Below, one piece after another: positions 16,212-24,791 of a DNA stretch of 28,879 bases. The stretch is taken from positions 1-28,879 of IMG/VR virus record IMGVR_UViG_3300025103_000114. One strand, written 5' to 3'. The notes beneath the pieces were generated by a model. That model did no database searches. It worked only from the letters and a program-made list of their open reading frames with translations, and had not been told where the DNA came from. This DNA is from a virus (Duplodnaviria; Caudoviricetes). Within the stretch, counting starts at the first letter, position 1. Each line of letters opens with the position of its first letter. The position numbers and the translations under genes are program-made.

Positions 16212-16403
16212 ATGAACTTTAAAACAGTAGTAACTAAAACAGACGGAGGTAAAATAAGTAATACATTTAACCTCTTGCGTGATGCCAAGAAATATGTTAG
16301 AAAGATATCTGATCCTGGTGATCATGTAATTATAACTGAATCAGGTAACAAAGAAGTATTTACACTCTACGAGTATGACGTAGAAGATTGGAAAAAGAAA
16401 TGA
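16212..16403 (+). CDS. Hypothetical protein, 63 aa
   Basis: GGAG RBS; ATGA coupling downstream. Confidence 0.75.
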   Translation: MNFKTVVTKTDGGKISNTFNLLRDAKKYVRKISDPGDHVIITESGNKEVFTLYEYDVEDWKKK

Positions 16404-16528
16404 AAGAATCAGTATTAGACATTATGAAACGAAACAACGCAGAATGGCGTAAAGAGTGGGATAAATTACCAACCAAAGCAACTAAGAAAAAGGAAGTTAA
16501 AGATGATCAAAACATTAGCAGTAAGTAG
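16400..16528 (+). CDS. 42-aa charged hypothetical protein (not in ORF track)
   Basis: ATGA overlap; MKESVLDIMKRNNAEWRKEWDKLPTKATKKKEVKDDQNISSK*. Confidence 0.5.
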   Translation: MKESVLDIMKRNNAEWRKEWDKLPTKATKKKEVKDDQNISSK

Positions 16529-16796
16529 TATAGCATTAGCTGGATTAGTAATAGCGAGTATGTCTATTGCCTCAGACAAAATTCCAGCTTGTCCATATGA
16601 TAATGTGACAGGTGATTGGCACGATCCAGTTACAGGTCAGATATCTGCATACGGTACTATGGACGATGCAGCCGATTGTGCTTACCACGGTTTATTGCCT
16701 AAAGTAGTCAGGGATAGACTAGGTACTGTAGGTGATGCTAGAACTAAAAAAGATGCAAAGCTTATATTAAAGCTACATAAAAACGCATCTAAGTAA
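16503..16796 (+). CDS. Secreted hypothetical protein
   Basis: AAGGA RBS; signal peptide MIKTLAVSSIALAGLVIASMSIA; two Cys. Confidence 0.75.
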   Translation: MIKTLAVSSIALAGLVIASMSIASDKIPACPYDNVTGDWHDPVTGQISAYGTMDDAADCAYHGLLPKVVRDRLGTVGDARTKKDAKLILKLHKNASK

Positions 16797-16801
16797 ACTA
16801 G

Positions 16802-16827
16802 AGGGGGATTAATTTCCCCCTTTATCT
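16802..16827. terminator. Terminator-like hairpin, copy 1 of a 26-bp direct repeat
   Basis: AGGGGGA-TTAATT-TCCCCCT followed by TTATCT. Confidence 0.75.
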
Positions 16828-16840
16828 ATGGAGAATAATT

Positions 16841-17200
16841 ATGTCTCAACAAATTGAAAATAGTTTAAAAGTTAGTGTACCTGATTTATCTGATGTTGAT
16901 CCATTTACAACATATAGTGACACATTACATAAGATGCTTACAGGGAAGTTTAAGAAGTTTAAAGAACTTTTCAAAAAAGAATATAGTCATTCTGAAGCAT
17001 ACATTGTATGTGATGATGAAAAATTATTTCATTGTAGGTTTCCATCTAGAAATGAACCCCCTACGGAAGTTTATAATTCTTTATTACAAAAATTTCCTGA
17101 ACTAGAATTTTCATATCACTGGTATGATTGGGATGGTAATCCATCAGGTCCAGCCTTTGGTTACTATAATTATATAGATCCTAAAATATTTAAATCCTAA
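16841..17200 (+). CDS. Hypothetical protein with YubB/DUF1281 C-terminal-like ferredoxin fold
   Basis: GGAG RBS; F.S...PP..VY..L..KFP.L.F...W pattern. Confidence 0.6.
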   Translation: MSQQIENSLKVSVPDLSDVDPFTTYSDTLHKMLTGKFKKFKELFKKEYSHSEAYIVCDDEKLFHCRFPSRNEPPTEVYNSLLQKFPELEFSYHWYDWDGNPSGPAFGYYNYIDPKIFKS

Positions 17201-17210
17201 AATATTTTAA
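17178..17210. repeat. Tandem 16/17-bp duplication
   Basis: ATCCTAAAATATTTAA followed by ATCCTAAAATATTTTAA. Confidence 0.85.
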
Positions 17211-17215
17211 AGTGA

Positions 17216-17241
17216 AGGGGGATTAATTTCCCCCTTTATCT
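17216..17241. terminator. Probable bidirectional terminator at the convergence point, copy 2 of the 26-bp repeat
   Basis: Identical to 16802-16827; lies between convergent gene blocks and overlaps the - strand stop at 17236-17238. Confidence 0.85.
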
Positions 17242-17688
17242 TTTGGTGAAACCTGCACCGAAATACAAGCCAGTGATTGCAGCGACTAAGTTTGTATCAA
17301 GTGGCGTTATTACGAAACCTTGAAATGTTTTCCATTCCATAGCTTTTTCTGGACCAAACATCCAGTTCATAAATCCTCCTTGTAACTCCGTGTACCCTAC
17401 AGTAACTAACCAAGGGAACTCAGGATATATAAGGGGGATTACTTTTGGTAATACGATAATAGAGAATACAGCAGACAATGCTATTATTCTTCTAGTCCAA
17501 GCAAAGTGAACATCCTTTATACCGTGTTCTCTTGCAGAAGCAACGATCTTACTTTCTTCTGTTAAAGCAGCTATGTACATCTTGTTAGCTTCTTGCTTAG
17601 ACTTAATATTTTGCCCCCATATACTCATAACACCACCTAGTAAGGTTGATGCTAGTAGGGTAAATATTTCCATTGGGAAGCCACCCAT
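17236..17688 (-). CDS. Multi-pass membrane protein, holin candidate
   Basis: AGGAG RBS; three hydrophobic segments, WTRR motif, terminal GLYFG; last gene of the late block. Confidence 0.6.
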   Translation of the reverse strand: MGGFPMEIFTLLASTLLGGVMSIWGQNIKSKQEANKMYIAALTEESKIVASAREHGIKDVHFAWTRRIIALSAVFSIIVLPKVIPLIYPEFPWLVTVGYTELQGGFMNWMFGPEKAMEWKTFQGFVITPLDTNLVAAITGLYFGAGFTKR

Positions 17689-17689
17689 T

Positions 17690-18025
17690 TTATTTCTCCT
17701 TAACTTCGTTTGGTTCTTCTATTATTTTTTCTATCTTTAGGAATTTAATTCTTTCATTAGGAACAAATCTCCATACATGGCCTCTACCATTTTTTATAGA
17801 AAAGACGCTTTCGTATATTCCTACCTTAACTAGTATTGCTCTATCTCCATCGACAATACATCTATCTCCTTCATTAAAACTAGCATCAAACTTAAACTTA
17901 ATACCAGTGATAAAGTTTGTGATTAAGTCTTTAATGAAGAACCCAAGTCCTAAACTAAGGAATATAGCCATAAGAGGTACGAGAGCATTAGTAAGATCCA
18001 AGGATATACTATTTAACGAATCCAT
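17690..18025 (-). CDS. Miniature MscS-like membrane protein
   Basis: LGLGFFIKDLITNFITG (TM3-like), FNEGD..IVDG...LVKVG, VPN. Confidence 0.7.
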   Translation of the reverse strand: MDSLNSISLDLTNALVPLMAIFLSLGLGFFIKDLITNFITGIKFKFDASFNEGDRCIVDGDRAILVKVGIYESVFSIKNGRGHVWRFVPNERIKFLKIEKIIEEPNEVKEK

Positions 18026-21000
18026 TTAAAATCCTAGTTGATTCATTTGTGATACGTAACCACCTTTATTTCTTGGTAAACTTCTTGCTTTTTCACTAAC
18101 AAGATCAGATACTGCCTTATCAGCACTTTTTAAGTATGACCTAAGTACTTTTACGTCTTTTACTGCTCTTATTATTTTTTCTCGTTTTGATCCTGTAGCA
18201 TCTTTAACTCTTCCATTATATTTTAAATCAGGATCTCTTCCATGTTTTTTTCTAAATTTTTCTATTGCTCTACCTACATCTCTTCTTGGTGAATCTCTAA
18301 ATTTTTTTAAGTTAGTTAACTCTGGATAAGTCTCCTCCATCCTTTCATTAGCAATTTCTTTAATATTATTGTAATTACTATAACCTGCACCTTTAAATGC
18401 TTTTTTTACTCTAGGGCTTCGATCATATCCTTTTCCTGAAAACAAAGCTCTCATAAAATCTTTTTTAGACTCAAAAGGAGCATTTTGATAGTTAGGGTTT
18501 TGTAATGTTTCAGGATAAACGATGTCATCTACAAGGCGACCTAACTCTCTTTTGTATGCGTATGAATATTCATTTACGTTAGATCTAGGAACTAATTTCC
18601 AAATAGGGTAATTTAATCTATCTAACTCTTTTTCGACAGAACTTTGTGCTTTTGAAGCTACACCAAAAAAATGCTTACCAAACCTCATTTCATCTGTTTG
18701 TAAATCTAAAGTTGCTCCTGTAAGTTTAGGTAAATTTCTATCAAACACTTTATCTTCAAGTGGAGTACCGCTAAACATAGCTCTTAAAAATTCATCTGCT
18801 GCACCTTTTAAAAACTCACCTGGTCCACTGGAAGCTTCTCCAGGATTAAACACAGTTTGTAAACTTCTTTCTCTTTTAACTCTGTTTTCAGGACCAGCTA
18901 CAGTTGCACCTAAATCATAGAAAGCTTTTAGAGGAGTAGCATAACCAGTTATAGCATATCCAAAGAATCCACCAACTATAGCACCAAATTTATCTGCTGC
19001 CCTTTCTGTATTACCTGTCGTGACATAATAATTTGTTTCTTTAATTAAATTAGCTATTGCTCTTGGAAATGCACCTGCTCTATCTACTTGAACACCTGTT
19101 AAAACTTCTAAACCTTCTGCCATAAATCTACCATCTATCTCTTCGCCATTCATTAATTTTCTAACTGCTTCTCCCATATATAAGTAAGGAGTTAATGGAA
19201 ATAGAGGTCCAACATCATAAGTTTTACCATCAATTACAAGTTCATCATATCTAGCACCACCAAATTTTTCTCTTATACCCCAACCTACTGCAATAAGTGT
19301 AGCACCTTCTATTGTTTCTTGAATACCCTGTCTATACTGTTCTACATTTTTTAATCTTTTACCTGAGCGTTCTTGTAGTTGACCTAACTCTTCTTCTAAA
19401 ACTCTTAATCTATTACTATCTTCTGATGTAAGTTTTGCTTTGCCTTTTGTTATTGATTTTAAATCAAATATTTCTTTTTCTATATTTTTAGCTCTAGCTG
19501 CTTCTTCTTGAATTAAACCTTTACCTTTTTTTGTTCGTTGCCCTGCAAATCTAAAGCCAGAAGTAGCTAATTTAGCCAAACCAAGAGGAGTAGTTCTATT
19601 TAAAGTATAAACCATTGAATTCATAATAAAGTTAGGAAACGGTAAACCTAGTTTTATTACACTAACTCTATTTAAAGTAGATTGGAGAGAGTTTATAGCT
19701 CTACCACCAAATATTAGTTCATCACCTGCTCTTCTATTTTGATAAGTCATCTTGTAAGCAAATTTTAAAGATTCATCTACCATCTTATCGTTAATAAGAT
19801 CTAATCTGTTTTTAGCTATAACATCACGTATATTGTTAATATCGGCAGGTATTTCACCTCTATTAATAGCCTGTTTAATTTGATGGTCTAATTCAGTTAG
19901 AAATCCTACAGATTTAATAGTTCTGTCTTGCATTCTGTTAAGAACATTTACATATTGAGAACCTTTGTGTAATGTCTTTAATAATTTACCTGCATTAGCT
20001 TCTTTACCTAACGATGTTGAAAAATAATCATCAAATACTTTAAATATTCTTCTATCTGCTTCAGTAAAATTATCTGCTAATATTCTAGCTATTTCTACAG
20101 ACTCTTGTGGACGTAATAAATTCTTAGCTAATAAACCTATTTCTTGACCAACGATATTTTTTGGAGGTTCTATACCTAATGCTTCAGCTTCCATAGATTG
20201 AAAAAATCTACGTAGTGCTGTATTTAAAGTTTCACCAGGAACTCTTAAAACAGATCCTATTATGTTTCTAAGTGTTGTTGCAGGTTGACTAACTAAGTAA
20301 GATCTCCATACATCTACGCTGACACCAAATTTTCTGGCTGCTGCACGTTCAAGTTCAGTTTCTTTTTGTAATGCTTTTATAGCAGCATTTTGAGATTTAG
20401 TTAGATTTGCTGTTGCTTTGTTTAGTGCTTTACCTATGTCTGTAGATTTATTTAACAGTCTTTGAACTGCTGATGCATCTGCACCTTTGCTCATAGATAT
20501 ACTTGCTTCAGCACGTATTAAATTAGCTATTTGACTTGGTTCTAAATTATTTTTAGCCGCAGCTTTAGCTATAATATCTCCTAAAACATCTGGATTTTTT
20601 GCACTTAGTTCTAATAAGTCTCCTATTTTTTCAGTTATCCGTTTACTAGGATCATCTAGTATTACATTAATTTGTTTTCCTAACTTTCTTTCTGGAGCTA
20701 ATTTTTGTATCTCCATACCAGTATCAAAAGTAAATCTTACTAGATCTTCAAATGTTTCTTTAGACAATGCTACAGAAAAAATGTCATCTACTTCTGTTTG
20801 AGATATTTTACTCTGTTTAAGAAAATCTTTAGCTTGCTCTATTTTAGCCTTATCTAAAAACTTATCATAATTTTCTACATACAAAGATATGTAATCTTTT
20901 TTTCGTGCTTCACTCACGCCTTTTAGTTTACTTAACTCAATGTTAACTATTTTCTTTTCATCATACTTACCTGTTTTAGGATTAATTTTATTTTTATATG

Positions 21001-22189
21001 TAGTTGGTAGATACTCGATTTCTGCAACGTCACCCTTAAAGTCTGTAATTAAACCAAATTTACTATAGTCGTTATCGGTTATAGTGCTTTTAGTTATGAG
21101 ATCATCTGTTATACCTAATTCATTTGGGCTAGATTCTCTTATTCTATTTTTAATAAATTCTTTTGCTTCTGTTATTTTAGAGAAGTTTTCATCTCCTACA
21201 GAGTATCCTGTTGTTTTACCTTTATCATTAACTTGTTTTTTAATTGATAACTCATCACCTATTTTTAATTCTACACCTCTATATGATACTGTAGGTAAAT
21301 CTGCTTGTTTAGGGTAACTAATTTTAATATCTTGAGCAACAACATTTTCAGGTGCTACTGTTTCAAAACGCTCTACAAAAGAACCTATGATATCATTTTC
21401 ATCTGACAATATTCTACCAGTTTCAGGATCTACTTGTTTTTCTGCGGCTAATTTATCTCTATGCTCTAGCATATTATTTGATTTAGCAGATTGTCCTTGT
21501 GGTGTATTTTCAGCCACGGATTCCATTTGAGCTTTGATCTCATCTACATTTTTAGTAGTTTTTCTTCCTACAGCACCTGTTACACCACCTAACGCACCAC
21601 CAAATAAAGTTCCAATTCCTGCAGCCCTAGCAACATTACCATAGTTAATGTCATCTTGTATCCCTAAACCTTCTTTACCTTTGACTTCTTCAACTAAGTA
21701 TGCACCTGCACCGCTTATACCACCTTCAGTTAATCCACCAGCTACTCCACCAGCTACTATACGTTTAGCAAATGAATCTCGTATTAACTTACCAATTACT
21801 GCTCTACCTGCTGTAGCTGCAACTACTTTACCTGCACCAAAACCAAGTATATTCAAAGGATCTGCAATACCATACCTAATATAGTCGTATAATCCTCCTA
21901 ACATTCCTCCTTTTCCTGCAAACCATTCTAAATTGTTATCTACAGTTTCGTATAATTTACCTAACGCTTTTCTTTTACTATCGTCTCGCATATTTTCGAC
22001 GTAGTTTTTAAATTTTACAGCAGAATAAGTATTAGATTGTACGGCACGATAATCTTCTAAAAAAGTTTCAAGTGCTTCTTCTTTAGTTTTAGGGGTTTTA
22101 CCATATCTGTCTCTACTATGTTGTATTAAAGTATCAACAAGTTCATCATTTTTTAGTAATTCTTTAGCTGTTAAGTCTTCTTCAGCCAT
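18026..22189 (-). CDS. Large internal virion (ejection) protein, 1387 aa
   Basis: Size, position at end of virion block, Gly/Ala-rich amphipathic N-terminal region (DPLN..GFGAG...GA.GG), helical body. Confidence 0.75.
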   Translation of the reverse strand: MAEEDLTAKELLKNDELVDTLIQHSRDRYGKTPKTKEEALETFLEDYRAVQSNTYSAVKFKNYVENMRDDSKRKALGKLYETVDNNLEWFAGKGGMLGGLYDYIRYGIADPLNILGFGAGKVVAATAGRAVIGKLIRDSFAKRIVAGGVAGGLTEGGISGAGAYLVEEVKGKEGLGIQDDINYGNVARAAGIGTLFGGALGGVTGAVGRKTTKNVDEIKAQMESVAENTPQGQSAKSNNMLEHRDKLAAEKQVDPETGRILSDENDIIGSFVERFETVAPENVVAQDIKISYPKQADLPTVSYRGVELKIGDELSIKKQVNDKGKTTGYSVGDENFSKITEAKEFIKNRIRESSPNELGITDDLITKSTITDNDYSKFGLITDFKGDVAEIEYLPTTYKNKINPKTGKYDEKKIVNIELSKLKGVSEARKKDYISLYVENYDKFLDKAKIEQAKDFLKQSKISQTEVDDIFSVALSKETFEDLVRFTFDTGMEIQKLAPERKLGKQINVILDDPSKRITEKIGDLLELSAKNPDVLGDIIAKAAAKNNLEPSQIANLIRAEASISMSKGADASAVQRLLNKSTDIGKALNKATANLTKSQNAAIKALQKETELERAAARKFGVSVDVWRSYLVSQPATTLRNIIGSVLRVPGETLNTALRRFFQSMEAEALGIEPPKNIVGQEIGLLAKNLLRPQESVEIARILADNFTEADRRIFKVFDDYFSTSLGKEANAGKLLKTLHKGSQYVNVLNRMQDRTIKSVGFLTELDHQIKQAINRGEIPADINNIRDVIAKNRLDLINDKMVDESLKFAYKMTYQNRRAGDELIFGGRAINSLQSTLNRVSVIKLGLPFPNFIMNSMVYTLNRTTPLGLAKLATSGFRFAGQRTKKGKGLIQEEAARAKNIEKEIFDLKSITKGKAKLTSEDSNRLRVLEEELGQLQERSGKRLKNVEQYRQGIQETIEGATLIAVGWGIREKFGGARYDELVIDGKTYDVGPLFPLTPYLYMGEAVRKLMNGEEIDGRFMAEGLEVLTGVQVDRAGAFPRAIANLIKETNYYVTTGNTERAADKFGAIVGGFFGYAITGYATPLKAFYDLGATVAGPENRVKRERSLQTVFNPGEASSGPGEFLKGAADEFLRAMFSGTPLEDKVFDRNLPKLTGATLDLQTDEMRFGKHFFGVASKAQSSVEKELDRLNYPIWKLVPRSNVNEYSYAYKRELGRLVDDIVYPETLQNPNYQNAPFESKKDFMRALFSGKGYDRSPRVKKAFKGAGYSNYNNIKEIANERMEETYPELTNLKKFRDSPRRDVGRAIEKFRKKHGRDPDLKYNGRVKDATGSKREKIIRAVKDVKVLRSYLKSADKAVSDLVSEKARSLPRNKGGYVSQMNQLGF

Positions 22190-22191
22190 TA

Positions 22192-23736
22192 TTAATTACC
22201 TCCTAGTAACTTTGCAAAAGTATCATCTTCTGTCAGTTGTTTAATCATAACGCTAGGCTCATCTGAAATTTGATTAGTAGGTACTAATGATTTATTTTCT
22301 TCTTGGGTTATATCTATTGCATTTGGAGGTATAACAGCCCCTGATCTTAATCTTGCAGAAGGTAATCCTTTAGTACCTATACCTTTGCCTTTTTGCAAAT
22401 CTTCCTCATCAAATTTATAAACTTTAAAATTATCTATCTTATTTGTTCTAAGATTATATTCAAAATAGTATCTTGTTACTGTTCCATCATCTTCAATTAT
22501 ATCGTGAGTTAATATTTTTGGAATCTTAGGATGTTGAATAGATTTCTCTATAAATTCTTTAAATTTTTCATCCGTAGATATATCTACACCTTTTTTAGTT
22601 ATAGAAGATCTAAAAGATGCATCTTGAGTAACTTTACTACTCATACTAGCAGGAGTAAGTACTTCTATTTTTCCATCTCTTATAAGAGCTTTTTGTCTTT
22701 CTATATATGCAATTTTGTCAACATCTTTCATAGCCATTAATTTATCAACAAGTGATTGAGTTGCTTGATTATATTTCTCTTGAGGTGTACCATCTTCGAT
22801 AGTCATAGAAGATTCTATGGCAACTCTACTCAATATTTTAATGTCTTGATAAACCTGATCTGGTCTATTTTCATCATAGATACCTCCTGCAATTACACTA
22901 TCTGCTAATGCTCTTAAACCATTAGCTTCTGATATAACTCCTACTTTAGGTGACTTCTCTGATTCTACAATACGACCTGGTCCACCAGGAACATCTGATT
23001 GTGCATACTTATAATTTGGATCAGCATTAGCAATTAATTGAAGCACTTCATTTTTTACTCTACGTTGTCCAGATATATCAGATGCTACTTTGCCTTCTAA
23101 TACAGGTTTAAATTCAGGATCTATAGGCTCACCTCTTTTTCTAGCCTCCATTCTTTCCCGTACTTTAGGATCTATACTGCTATAAATTTGTTCTCTTTTC
23201 TTTTTACCCGCCGCTGTTGGTGCAAACATACCTACTGCCTTACTTAATAAAGTGTCAGTTTGTCTATCTTCTGGTGTAACTTCGCCTGGTTGATCATCAA
23301 CTTTCTTTTCATAAATATTTGCAAAAACATCACTACCTTTTTTAGCAGCAGACGAAACATTTCTTCTAAAAGATAATATAAGAGATTGTTCTGGATTAGC
23401 TACTCCGTTTTTTCCGTCTATAACCAATCTTCTTCCTAGTTGTTTTTGCAATCCTGGATCATTAATATTTATATTAACTAATCCGTTTGTTTTAGAAGCT
23501 ATATTAGCAACAATATTTTTAATAGGTTCTCTAGTTAAAAATACAGCCCCTCTATCTCTATACTCTTGATCTAATTTTTTATTGGAACTAAGTTCAGCAG
23601 CAGCTTCTTTTGCCTCACGATCCATTTTTGCTTTGAACTCATTAGTAAAATCTTGTTCATATTTAGCTTTTTCAATTAACGAATCCCCTAAACCCTGCCA
23701 CATACCTAACTCTCTTGCGCCGGACATAATACCCAT
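22192..23736 (-). CDS. Putative internal virion protein, 514 aa
   Basis: Gly-rich N-terminus then coiled coil; immediately upstream of the large virion protein. Confidence 0.6.
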   Translation of the reverse strand: MGIMSGARELGMWQGLGDSLIEKAKYEQDFTNEFKAKMDREAKEAAAELSSNKKLDQEYRDRGAVFLTREPIKNIVANIASKTNGLVNININDPGLQKQLGRRLVIDGKNGVANPEQSLILSFRRNVSSAAKKGSDVFANIYEKKVDDQPGEVTPEDRQTDTLLSKAVGMFAPTAAGKKKREQIYSSIDPKVRERMEARKRGEPIDPEFKPVLEGKVASDISGQRRVKNEVLQLIANADPNYKYAQSDVPGGPGRIVESEKSPKVGVISEANGLRALADSVIAGGIYDENRPDQVYQDIKILSRVAIESSMTIEDGTPQEKYNQATQSLVDKLMAMKDVDKIAYIERQKALIRDGKIEVLTPASMSSKVTQDASFRSSITKKGVDISTDEKFKEFIEKSIQHPKIPKILTHDIIEDDGTVTRYYFEYNLRTNKIDNFKVYKFDEEDLQKGKGIGTKGLPSARLRSGAVIPPNAIDITQEENKSLVPTNQISDEPSVMIKQLTEDDTFAKLLGGN

Positions 23737-24416
23737 TATTCTCTCCTCATACCCATTAACCCTGTATCGGGTACATCCTGTGACGTTTCTTCTATTGAAT
23801 TATCTATAGAGTCAACTTCACTTCCATCTTCTATATCTATATCTACATTCGTAGCGTCTTCAGCATTAAAATTAACAGGATCTTCTGATAAGTTCTCTAA
23901 TTCTGAAAGTTCTTTCATAGCATCTTCTAGTCTAACATCTTTAGCATCTTCAGCTAAAGGAACATATTCAACATTTGCATGGTCTAACATTTTCATCATT
24001 AAAGAAAATACTGGAGTGTAAATTAGTAACATTACATCTTGTGTATATTGCCCCATAGCCCAACCTGAAAAAACTAAAGAACGTGCAATTAATTCTACAG
24101 GAATACCTAATTTAGCTGCAACTGCTACTCTTTTAAATGCTTCTTTACTAGACATTCGAGAAGCTAAGTCATCATATGCTTCTTCTGGATCTACAATTGC
24201 AGGAGGTTTTTCATGTGTTTCTGCCCCCAGTTCACCTGTTAAAGACGCACCAGGAATAGGCCCGTTAAACTCTGGTGTATTTTCTTCCTCTACTACACTT
24301 TCTTCACTTTCTTCTTCCATTACAGGATCAGTTTCACCACCTACATCCATATTCCCCTCAAGTGGAGGTGCTTCTTCCATCTCAGGTGTAACGTCTTGTT
24401 CCATTTCCATTACCAT
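23736..24416 (-). CDS. Acidic virion-module protein, 226 aa
   Basis: AAGGA RBS; F.GPIPG.SLT.ELG..E.PP motif; terminal GLMG.R. Confidence 0.75.
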   Translation of the reverse strand: MVMEMEQDVTPEMEEAPPLEGNMDVGGETDPVMEEESEESVVEEENTPEFNGPIPGASLTGELGAETHEKPPAIVDPEEAYDDLASRMSSKEAFKRVAVAAKLGIPVELIARSLVFSGWAMGQYTQDVMLLIYTPVFSLMMKMLDHANVEYVPLAEDAKDVRLEDAMKELSELENLSEDPVNFNAEDATNVDIDIEDGSEVDSIDNSIEETSQDVPDTGLMGMRRE

Positions 24417-24434
24417 GTTAATTTCCTTTATAAT

Positions 24435-24791
24435 TTAAAATGATATTCCACGTTGAGTAGCGACTGTTTTAACTGCTCCTGCTGAAGCATCTATATACAT
24501 TTTTTCCCATGCTCTTGCTTTTGCAATTAATCTTTCTATAGATGTATTAGGTCCAAATGGATCTGTAGAAGCTGGTCTACTAGCTCTAGAAGCCTCAACC
24601 CTTCTTATACCTTTTTGATCAGGATCAATAACTCTACTTACATTTCCTTTTGAAAATTTTGTTGGTAATTTTTTAGAACTAGTTTTGTCTCCTGGACCAA
24701 ACGCAAGGTCTTTAATTTGTGAACCTACAAACGTAGCAAGAGTACTTTCTAAACTACCCCCAACTAAACTTTTTGCTAATAAATGAAACAT
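24435..24791 (-). CDS. Hypothetical virion-module protein, 118 aa
   Basis: AGGAG RBS, TAATG overlap with upstream stop. Confidence 0.75.
   Translation of the reverse strand: MFHLLAKSLVGGSLESTLATFVGSQIKDLAFGPGDKTSSKKLPTKFSKGNVSRVIDPDQKGIRRVEASRASRPASTDPFGPNTSIERLIAKARAWEKMYIDASAGAVKTVATQRGISF

Noticed and set aside
8972-17105. Same-strand alternate-frame ORFs (8972-9166, 9518-9835, 10802-11041, 12072-12278, 16875-17105)
   Set aside because: Fully nested in longer genes, with no convincing start signals or motifs
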